DNA from: Octopus sinensis
Taxonomy: Eukaryota
Direction: 5' to 3'
Length of the DNA: 55,972 bases
NCBI RefSeq assembly: GCF_006345805.1
Contig: NW_021833958.1
Span: forward strand, 1 to 55,972
Part shown: piece after piece, positions 13,892-23,799 of the stretch
Position numbering within the stretch: position 1 is the first letter of the stretch
How the letters are laid out: the number at the start of each line of letters is the position of its first letter
Program-made: the position numbers and the translations under genes
The notes under the pieces: model-generated
Database searches by the model: none
The model's input: the letters and a program-made list of their open reading frames with translations, nothing else
What the model was told of the DNA's origin: nothing

Positions 13892-14551
13892 AAGAAGAAG
13901 AAAAAGAAGAAAAAGAAGATGAAGAAAAAGAAGAAGAAGAAGAAGAAGAAGAAGAAAAGAAAAAGAAGAAGAAGAAGAAGAAGAAGAAAAGAAAAAGAAA
14001 AAAGAAGACGAAGAAGAGTGGAAGGAAGAAGAAGAAGAAAAGAAGAAGAAGAAAAAGAAGAAAAGAAGAAAAAAAAGAAGTAGAAGAAGAAGAAAAAAAG
14101 AAAAAAAAGAAGAAGAAGAAAAAGAAAAGAAGAAGAAAAAGAAGAAAAGAAGAAGGAGAGGAAATAGAATAGCAACAACAAGATCGACAAAAACAGCAAG
14201 AGCCGTTAAAGTATATTTTAAAAATTAAACGTATGTATCATGTAGTGTGACAAATACATCTACAAGAGTTATTCAAGGATGTTATTTAGCTTCGATCTAC
14301 AGTTAAAAACCGTATGTAATATACACATATAGACTCACAGCAATTCATCCACACAAATAATGACACACACATGCATGAATTAAAGGTTTCGCCTCAACGT
14401 TCACGCTCTCATATATCTCACATCTCAAAAATGAACCCACACTCACATTCACATACATTCATAAAATATAAATAGCGTCTACACAAAGGCATTACAGGTT
14501 TAGAAAGATATCGTCAAAGAAATACTATAAACGCAGGTTGATTCAACTTAC

Positions 14552-14623
14552 AGATTTGTTAAAGTGGGAAGATTTTGGAAGGTCCCTGCTTGGATTTTCT
14601 TAATGTTGTTATTGAACAATTCT
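14552..14623 (-). CDS. LRR exon 5 (B-type flanks)
   Basis: 72 nt, ttccag|A...CT|gtaag; ELFNNNIKKIQAGTFQNLPTLTN(L). Confidence 0.92.
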
Positions 14624-14910
14624 CTGGAACATAACAATGAGTTAAGAACATTTATGAAACAAATTTGTGTCTAAAGAATTGGATGATGGAAGTGATGAAA
14701 AGCAGTTTAACACCATGATGAAATTCATTATGATGTCGTAGATAATGTTGGGTAGGATGGGGCAGTGATGAGTATGATGTTATGATGTTGATGATGAGGT
14801 GATATTGATAATTTTGTTCTTTGTAAAAATGATGAGAATTTGCAAGTTGTGTTGTAATGAAGGATATGATATTAATGATCATGATGGCATTTCAGATTGT
14901 GTATGTGCAA

Positions 14911-14942
<32 letters not shown>

Positions 14943-15773
14943 TAGGGGGTGGAAAAAGCATAAGTAGAAGAAAGGATTTGATGAAGAATCAGGCGAAGAT
15001 GAAGAAGAAAAAGATGTAGAAGAAAAAGATGTAGAAGAAGAAAAAGATGTAGAAGAAGAAAAGAAGAAGAAGAGGAGGAAGAAGACGAAGAAGACTAAGA
15101 CGAAGACGAAGAAGAAGAAGTATGAGGAGGAGGAGAAGAAGAAGAAGAAGAAGAAGGAGGAGGAGGAGGAGAGAGAAGAAGAAGAAGAAGGAGGAGGAGG
15201 AGGAGGAGGAGGAGAAGAAGAAGAAGAGAAGAAGAAGAAGAAGAAGAAGGAGGAGGAGGAGGAGGAGAATGGTGATTGTAATGAAAACGAGGATGAAAAC
15301 TAAAGTTATGATGATGGTGTCGTGAAGGAGTGGAATTTCAGAGGACGAAAAGAAGAAGTAGGCGAAGTAGGAGAAGAAAAGAAGAATAAAAGCCACAACA
15401 ACAAAGAAGAATTTGTTTAGATGTTAAAGTATGAATCATCTGTCGCTAAAGATACAACGACAAGGATTATTCAAGGATGTTATTTAGCCTCTATTTTGAG
15501 GTAAACACCATGCGTAATGCGCACACGCTCGTACACACGCATATACTCATCGATACACATAGACATACGCAAGCATACACTAAATGGAACACGTTCCCTT
15601 ATATTCTATATCTTAGAAATGGGCCCACATTCCCATTCACCGAATTTCACGGACAATAAAGCGCAAGTATATAACGGCGATTGCTGGAACTGAAATTGAT
15701 GTAAGGGAAGACATTGCAGAATTAGAACGATGTCGCCAACGAAATAATAGAAAGGAAGTTTGATTGAACTTAC

Positions 15774-15845
15774 AAATCTGTTAAACTGGAAAGATTTTGG
15801 AAGGTTTCTGTATTGATTTCATAGATTTTGTTATTACCCAAATTC
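15774..15845 (-). CDS. LRR exon 4 (A-type)
   Basis: 72 nt, ttccag|G...TT|gtaag; NLGNNKIYEINTETFQNLSSLTD(L). Confidence 0.92.
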
Positions 15846-17423
15846 CTGGAACACAAAATTGAGTCAAGTAGAACATTTATGGAACAAATGTGTGAGAGAA
15901 TATTTGATATTACATCTAAAGAATTGGATGATGGAAGAGATGAAAATTAGATTACAATCATGAAGAGCTTCTTGATGATGTTGATAATGTTGGGTAGGTG
16001 TGGAAGCAGTGATGAATATGATGTTGAGGCAGACGAGAAGTGGGTTTTGATGACGAAGGTGTTATGATGCTGATGATGGGACTGATGTTGTTAATGCTGA
16101 TTATTCTGATAATGATGGTGATTAGAATTTTTGTTGTGATGATGAACATGATATTGATGGTGATGTTGGTTGTATTGTTCTCTGTTGGGGATGAAGATGA
16201 CGGTTTTCAAGATTGTGGTCCATTGGCGCCTCACCAAGTCGGAGCACCTCCTTTTCACATTCTTGTGGAGAGGTCCGTTTGGTGAGGCGTCAGTGGCTAA
16301 TGATGCACAGACATGCGCTGAGGATGCGGTATCTCCAGATATTCTGCCTAAACGGAGAACAGATGTAGTCGCCGTTTGTCAAACAAACACTTTCCCAACT
16401 CGTCTTTTTCACTAAGCTGCAGTCCTAGGTCAAGAAGAAACCCAGAGAGAGGGGGGAGAGGGAGGGGAGAGAGGGAGAGAGAGGGAGGGAGAGAGAGGGA
16501 GAGAAAGAGTGACTGGCATCTGGAATGTTGCCAAGAACTCACATGTGGGAAAATTGGTCAGTGGAGTATCAACTCTTCAAATTACAATGATGCACTCGAA
16601 GAGACGCTGGACGTCAACAACATCGAACTGACTGGTGTGTTCCAGAGGACGTTTGAGCCGAGGTGGGGGGAGGATCGATGAATAACTTCCAGTTATCCCT
16701 CACTTCACAGTGTTGCCAAGTGACACTGCCAGTTCGAGATTAACTCTGCAGGCACGGAAGTGCTTTCACATGAACCTGTCCTCGTTGCACGCAGAGCGAC
16801 AAAACCGTTCTGCCAGCACTCGTTGAGTGTCATGCAATATTGTCTTGTGGAGCCATGTCGAACAGTTGTTGTTGCGTGCAGGATGGATCTGGCTATCGGC
16901 CGAGTCCATAGTGAAGATCGACTCGTCGTCTTCTTTGGCGAGGAAGGGCAGGTAATTTTCCTCTGTCTGGTAGCAGTAGTGAAAGAGGTTGTATGTTGGA
17001 GCAGGTTGCAATGACTAGAGACAGACTTTTCTCTCCAGCCAAACCCTCTTCCAATATTTCAGATTTCACTTGGAAAGAAGAATGGACCGTATAAAGAAAT
17101 GATGCTCCCCATTACATTAGCTGAAAGGTTTGGGAATGTAGCTAAAATGGTCCGTCTGAGTGGATCAACTCTAATGCGTCTTCAGGCTGGTGAATTTGAG
17201 GAGAAAAGTTTACCCTTCTGAGTACCATGGAAGCATCGAAGAGGTTGAAGATTAGGTGGTACCTGAGACAAACATGGGTGGTCATCTGGGGAAATTTCAT
17301 TGTAATATTTTTTACCCATATTTTTGTTATTGTTTATGTAACTGTAAACTCGAAGTTTTGTGAAAACGTCCCACTGTACTCTGTACGTCGGCACTATTGG
17401 TCAATAAATGAAATTATTATTAT

Positions 17424-17953
17424 TGAGTGAGAGAGCAGTGCATGCCATCAAAGTGACACTGGGGTAAAATATACAAAGCCCACTATACCCATCAGGACTA
17501 CCCGTCTGATAAGGGTACACTAGGGACATGCATCACAACCATACGTGCGCGATATGGTGATCTCATATCAAGATAAACAGCACGTGATCTTGCAGGTGGG
17601 GGCCCAGTTAGAATTTTCTTCTGGTCGAGTAACCTATCCTACACAAAAGGTCCCTGAAGGATGTTGAACGAAATACCCATGTTTCCAGAGATGAATTATT
17701 CAAACCCCAAAGAATCCTTCTCAACACATCGCTATGATGCTCCCCCACTACTTCTGCTCGTGATCAGAGATGCACATACCGTCAGCCACTAAGGGACATG
17801 CTCAACTGGTTAAGGTCAAACAACTGACAAGCAAATCTGTGGTATTGAGCAGAATATTTACTGTAGCCAATCTTTTATACCAAAACAAAATAATGTACAT
17901 GATAACACTTCCAATTGTTTAAGATCAGAAGCCACGAGAGCCACTGCCTGGTC
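17424..17953 (-). mobile_element. (TAA)n-tailed repeat, second copy
   Basis: Colinear with 2377-2935, with one internal deletion; TAA tail. Confidence 0.85.
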
Positions 17954-18551
17954 GCAGCCGTTGTTTTTGTTGCGGTAGTGGAAGAAGGAGGTGAATGTGG
18001 TGGTGACGAGGAGAAGGAGAAGTAGAAGGAAAAGAAATGATGAACGGAAAATAAATTTATGCAGACGTATCTTTCGTGTTACAGGTGTAAATGATGAATA
18101 CATAGAAAAGCGTAAAATAAATTGCTCTGTGTTGAAAAGTGTAGCAAAATTTAAACATGTATAATGTCATTCACAATATGTAATTAGAATGGAGAGCATG
18201 AATGGTAATCAGCGTTGATCGAGAAGTAAACATAATAAATAATATACAAAAGGGGATATACAAACAGAAGTCGTGCTTTGTTGTATGTCCATTCATACTG
18301 TGATACACAGATTTATATTTGCACATGCCTACACAAAATCATATACATTAATTATCAGACACTCATCCATAAACACAGAGGTTGATAATCACACACACGC
18401 CTCCTCAGACATTAACACCGAAATCGCATATTCCTGGGGAAAGCGACTGAGTGTATGTAATTCGTCGAGGAGATTGAGAGAAAAAAGAAAGCATGGAAGG
18501 AATTAAATGTTTTGAATTATTTTGCCAATAAAAGAGAATGAAAAAAACTAA

Positions 18552-18605
18552 TGGCGGTGCCCCAGCATGGCCACAGCTCGTGAGCTGAAACTAGATAAAA
18601 TGAAA
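18552..18605 (+). mobile_element. Extremely truncated CR1 3'-tail insertion
   Basis: ggcggtgccccagcatggccacagctcgtgagctgaaactag matches the tail at 55228-55268; absent from homologous flanks of exons 3802 and 8579. Confidence 0.75.
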
Positions 18606-18623
18606 AAATGAAATGCAACTTAC

Positions 18624-18695
18624 AGATTCGTTAAACTGGGAAGATTTTGAAAAGATCCAATTTCGGTTTCATTGATATCATTCTTATACAACTCC
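18624..18695 (-). CDS. LRR exon 3 (C-type)
   Basis: 72 nt, ttacag|G...CT|gtaag; ELYKNDINETEIGSFQNLPSLTN(L). Confidence 0.92.
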
Positions 18696-18924
18696 CTGTA
18701 ACAAAAATATGAATCGTGAACAAATGTATACAGGTTCGTAATGAAATATAAAATATAAAGCCCCAACATTTAGGAAAGTATACGGTGATGATGATGATGA
18801 TGACGGCATTGGTTGTCGTGGTGTTGGTTGTGATGTTTGTAATGGTGGTGATGGTATGATAATTTAGAGGACGAGGATGATGGTAATTTAGTCTTCATGT
18901 TGATCAGGATGCTACTGGTGGTAG

Positions 18925-18975
<51 letters not shown>

Positions 18976-19638
18976 CGATGATGATGATGACGATGATGAT
19001 GATGATGATGATGACGATGATGATGATGATCATCATCATCATCATCATCACGATCATGATGCTAGTGATGACAATGGTGTCTGTGCGGGCGGTGTTTAAG
19101 ATAATGATGTCGATGCGGAAAGTTATGGTAATGATGATATTGATGATGGTGATGATGATGGTGAAGCAATTATGTAGCTGGAAATATTTTCAGAGTAATA
19201 AAGAAAGTTAATGTTTAAGAGTTGGAGATATTTATATATGAATAAAGTTGCTTTAAAAATACAATTACAATATTGATGGGTGGCATTCAACTTTCATCAA
19301 GAACTAAAGGCAGTAAATGTTATACAGACATCAATTCAAGTTGATACACTAGTATTAAATGAGCCATGCCCGAAACATAAACATATGTATACACATACAT
19401 AATATGTGCTGCTTCAGCAATCACACACGCTTATGTACTAACACACACACATAAAGACTCACTAAAATACGCAAACACACTCACATCGACAAACATTCAA
19501 AAATCATTCAATTACAGCTCCAGAGGTTGTTTGAGAATGCAGAGAGTGACAAAGATAAAGAGCGCAATAGAATGGGATGGCAATTAAAAATTACAAATAT
19601 GACGGCAATGAAATACTATTAAGAATGATTCAAATTAC

Positions 19639-19711
19639 TATTCTGTTAAACTAGGAAATTTCTGGAAAATTCTTCCTTTAAATTTTCTAGATAGCATCTT
19701 CATACAATATG
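19639..19711 (-). pseudogene. Degenerate LRR pseudo-exon
   Basis: Reads LYEDAI*KI(+1 nt)KGRIFQKFPSLTE; aligns to the intact exons, with an in-frame TAG, a 1-nt insertion, no AG acceptor and a weakened donor (gtaatt). Confidence 0.75.
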
Positions 19712-19715
19712 TATA

Positions 19716-19998
19716 CGGTCATCCCAAACATAATGCGGTTTTTAATATTCCTTTCATTTTCATAAATAGTATAAACAAAGATCTTTTTTTAATCTAAAAT
19801 AAACTCTCCTTCATTTTCTGCGATGCTCTTCCATCTATCTGGCCGTCTTCTAAGGCACCTGTCCGAAACTTCACTTGTCCGCAAAGAAAAAATACTCCTC
19901 CAGTACTGTTCTGACCTCCACTAAAAAATTCATAGTTTTTTTACCATTCAAATGATTTCGAAGAGCGCATAATAACTGATAATCAGATGTGCGAATTA
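19716..19998 (-). mobile_element. Mariner transposon 3' remnant with TIR-like end
   Basis: SDYQLLCALRNHLNGK..EVRTVLEEY..RPDRWKSIAENEGEFILD*; ends in cggtcatcccaaacataatgcgg next to a TA at 19714-19715. Confidence 0.8.
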
Positions 19999-20292
19999 TA
20001 CATCTGCAAGGGTTATTCAGGGATGTTATTTAGATAGATCTACAGTTAAACACCGTATGTAATGTACATAAATACACTCACATCCATTCATCCATACAGA
20101 AAACCATACACATGGATGCACTAAATGTTTCCCCTCAAATATCACAGTCCCATATATCTCACATCTTAGAAATAGCCCCACAATCACATTCACATACTTT
20201 CACTAACTACAAAGTGCATCTATGCAAAAACATTACAGATATAGAAAGATGTCTTCAAAGAAATACTATAAACGTAGGTCGATTCAACTTAC

Positions 20293-20364
20293 AGTGTTGT
20301 TAAATTGAGAAGATTTCGAAAGGTTCCTGCTTTGATTTTCGTAATGTCGTTATACTGCAATTTC
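20293..20364 (-). CDS. LRR exon 2 (B-type)
   Basis: 72 nt, ttccag|G...CT|gtaag; KLQYNDITKIKAGTFRNLLNLTT(L). Confidence 0.92.
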
Positions 20365-20696
20365 CTGGAACATAACATTGAGTTAAGAACATTTATTGAA
20401 CAAATTTGTGTCTAAAGAATTGGAAGATGGAAAAGATGAAAAGTAGATTACTATGAAGATGAACCTCATGATGAAGTTCGTAGATAATGTTGGGTGGGAT
20501 GCGAGCAGTAATGAGTATGGTGATTTGGCAGAAGAGAAGAAATTATTGTGGGAGATATTAGGATGCTGATGATGGGTTGATGTTAATTTTGATCATTGTA
20601 AAGATGAGGAGAATTCGCAGGGTTTGTTCTGATGATGGATATGATATTGATGATGATGTTGCCATTGGAGATTGTGTATATGTAAAAGAATAAGAT

Positions 20697-20727
<31 letters not shown>

Positions 20728-21322
20728 AAGAAGAAGAAGAAGAAGAAGAGGAGGGGGGAAGAAGAAGAAGAAAAAGAATCAGAGATGGAAGAAGTATATT
20801 GAGAAAAAGAAGATAACGAAGAAGAATCAGAAGATGTAGAAGAAAAGGAAGCAGAGGGAATAGAAAAAGAGAAGAAAAAGAACATCAACAAGCAGAAAAT
20901 GTAAAGAAAGAAACGAAGAAGGATTAGTTGAAGATGAGGAAGAAGATGGATTAGAAGATGAAGGGTACAAGAGAAGAGGAAAGAGAGTAAGAAGAAAAAA
21001 CGAAGAAGACGGAGAAAAAGATGTGGAAGAAGAAGAAGAAGAATATGGTGATGGCAATGATAATGCGAATGAAGACCTAAGTTATTGCGATAGCGTCGAG
21101 GAAGAGTGGACAAAGTAGAAGGATAGGAGAAAAAACAACAAAAACGAAATTGTTTAGAAATTAGTTGATGAATCCTCTGGGGCTAAATATACAGCTACAA
21201 GCGTTATTATTCAAGGATGTTATTTAGCGTGTATGTAGATTAAATTGATGTTAGGGTAGACATTACAGAATTAGAAAGATATCGTCAATGAAATTATATA
21301 AAATAAGATTGTTTCAACTTAC

Positions 21323-21394
21323 AGAGTTTTTAAACTGGAAAGATTTTGGAAGGCTTCCTCATTGATTTCCGGGATATCGTTACGACTCAAATTC
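21323..21394 (-). CDS. LRR exon 1 (A-type)
   Basis: 72 nt, cag|G...CT|gtaag; NLSRNDIPEINEEAFQNLSSLKT(L). Confidence 0.92.
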
Positions 21395-22171
21395 CTGCAA
21401 TATGAAATATGGTTATGAAGAAAATTTATGGAACAAAGAAGGGGAAGGGAAGAAGAAGAAGAATAAAAAGAGAGGGGAAGGGAGGAGAAGAAAATAAAGA
21501 GAAAGAAGAAAAAGAAGAAAATAAAGAAGGGGAAGGAGAAGAAGAAGAAGAAGAAGAAGAAGAAGAAGAGGAGGAAGAGAAGAAGAAGAAGAAGAAGAAG
21601 AAGAAGAAGAAGAAAAAGAGGGGAAGGGAGGAGAAGAAAATAAAGAGAAAGAAGAAAAAGAAGAAAATAAAGAAGGGGAAGAAGAAGGGGAAGAAGAAGA
21701 AGAAGAAGAAGAAGAAGAAGAAGAAGAAGAAGACGAAGAAGAAGAAGAAGAATTGAAAGAATAAGAAGAATTGGAAGAAGAAGAAGAAGAATTGGAAGAA
21801 GAAGAAGAAGAAGAAGAAGAAGAAGAAGAAGAAGAAGAAGAAGAAGAAGAAGAAGAAGAAGAAGAAGAAGAAGGAGAATGAGGAGGAGAAAAGAAGAAGA
21901 AGAAGAATTGTTACAAGAATAATTAGTTAAGGATGAACTATATATCAACTATACATGAACTCTAAGATGTCTGACTCCGTTGTGTATTATAAATGAATTT
22001 CTTGTGTTTGACGGCATGAGCTGTCTTTTTTTATATATAACTTTTTTTGATAAGGTTTATTTCAGGAACTGAAACATGTTATAATGTATATATAAAAATT
22101 AAAAATTGTATAATACATTTTCGAACTTCATTTTTTACAAATATACCTACTCGTATACGAGCTAATCCTAT

Positions 22172-22215
<44 letters not shown>

Positions 22216-22237
22216 ATATATATATACACATATATAT

Positions 22238-22403
22238 ACGACGAGCTTCTTTCAGTTTCCGTCTACCAATCCACTCAAAAGGCTTTGTTCGGCCCGAGGC
22301 TATAGTAGAAGACACTTGCCCAAGGTGCCACGCAGTGGGACTGGACCCGGAACCATGTGGTTGGTAAACAAGCTACTTACCACATAGCCACTCCTGCGCC
22401 TAT
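22238..22403 (-). mobile_element. SINE family 1 (5' half)
   Basis: Same head as 3375-3532. Confidence 0.85.
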
Positions 22404-22922
22404 GTGTTATTAATTTTTTTCTTATAAACTGATAATAATGACAGTAAGACCTCGTTGATAGACTTTCAGCGTCTATTTCTGACCCGCAAGTGGACCTGTC
22501 TATTCATTTAATTATCCATTACATTGAGAAAATTCTGCATCTTCTGTAATAAAAAAAAAAGCACAAACACACAAGATGCCGATGCCATCATCACTATTAT
22601 CGACTGTCTTAGTAACCAAGAAAGCGCTGAGGTGGAAAGCCATCTATTCCCCCCCCCAGCTCTGCCACAGAAGAACATATCCCCCCCATATCATTCACTT
22701 CCAACAACAAAAAGGACAGCAATATTAGCTGTCTAAGCAATGTGGAAACTATGGCGGTAGCAGTGGTGGTGGTGGTGGTGGTGGAAATGGTGGTGGTGGT
22801 GGTGGTGGTGGTGGTGGTGGTGGAAGTGGTGGTGGTGGTGGTGGTGGTGGTGGTGGTGGTGGTGGTGGTGGTGGTGGAAGTGATGGTGGTGGCGGCGGTG
22901 GTAGAAAAGTTCGAATACTTAC

Positions 22923-23104
22923 AGATGCTCAACAGTCGGTGGAATAGATTGTGGGATCGAAGTGAGTTGCCGAGATGAACAATCTATATTTGTCTCAGAA
23001 TTTTGACAGCGACATGTCGTGCAAATATCTGACGCAGCATGAGACTCCAAACAGAAACTCATAGAGAGTATCAACAGAAACGTCAATTTCAATTGTTGGA
23101 ACAT
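22923..23104 (-). CDS. First coding exon: signal peptide + LRRNT cap
   Basis: MFQQLKLTFLLILSMSFCLESHAASDICTTCRCQNSETNIDCSSRQLTSIPQSIPPTVEH(L): hydrophobic leader, then CxxCxC...IDCS..LTSIP..IP. Acceptor ttttcttcttttacag before 23124, in-frame TAA upstream of the ATG, donor CT|GTAAGT. Confidence 0.92.
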
Positions 23105-23169
23105 ATTTCCAGACGTAGGTTAATCTGTAAAAGAAGAAAATACAAAATACAAAGGTAAAGAAAAATATA

Positions 23170-23392
23170 TTTCTTTAATGCCCACAAGGGGCTAAACATA
23201 GAGAGGACAAACAAGGACAGACAAAGGGATTAAGTCGATTACATCGACCCCAGTTGGAAACTGGTACTTTATTTATCGACCCCGAAATGATGAAAGGCAA
23301 AGTCGACCTCGGCGGAATTTGAACTCAGAACGTAACGACAGACGAAATAGGGCTAAGCATTTCGCGCGGCGTGCTAACGTTTCTGCCAGCTC
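23170..23392 (-). mobile_element. SINE family 2
   Basis: Reverse-complement homologue of 29334-29562; gagttcaaattcc B-box-like motif. Confidence 0.82.
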
Positions 23393-23399
23393 AAGAACA

Positions 23400-23700
23400 T
23401 TACACATGTACTCACAGCTGTCTGACAGGTATCGAAAGGTTTAGCCTCTGCGTGGGGCCCTAGGCATGCTGTGGCTGCCGATACGCAGATACTAGCTGAG
23501 GTTGTGACAGCTGCAACGATTTCTTGCCGGTGGACGTGTATTGGCACTCTTTGTGAGGCGGGTCTTTGCACAGCTCGTCTCCATGACAGGGCTGCAGGTC
23601 TTGGTGAAGGAAAACCCCAAATTCTCAGCCTGGTACCTAGAATGTTACCGAGCGCACACAGTCGAGCATGCACTTGTCGAATGTCCGAGCATGATAATGA
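23400..23700 (+). mobile_element. L1/Tx1-type LINE C-terminal fragment
   Basis: SAWYLECYRAHTVEHALVECP resembles the ETVxHALVxCP C-terminal motif of Tx1-like ORF2. Confidence 0.5.
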
Positions 23701-23799
23701 AGAAAGGGCCACCAACTGCTAGAATCACTGTAACGAATGAGTGTGTGACGTTCCACTGTGATTGGAACATGGGGAAACCATTTTAGTCTTGAAGGATTT

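Larger units (their letters stand above)
2064..23124 (-). other. Multi-exon extracellular LRR protein gene (5' part; signal peptide, LRRNT, at least 10 LRRs; 3' end beyond window start)
   Basis: Eleven exons with canonical AG/GTAAG boundaries join in frame (CT|G, CT|A, TT|A = Leu at every junction) to ~300 aa with consensus LxLxxNxIxxIxxxxFxNLxxLxxL. No stop, transmembrane or C-terminal domain is seen in the window, so the family (e.g. LGR-type GPCR vs other LRR receptor) is unresolved. Confidence 0.9.

Noticed and set aside
2064-23124. Idea that the LRR cassettes are a VLR-like somatic rearrangement locus
   Set aside because: Every intact cassette has normal splice sites and joins in frame in genomic order; nothing indicates DNA-level assembly.
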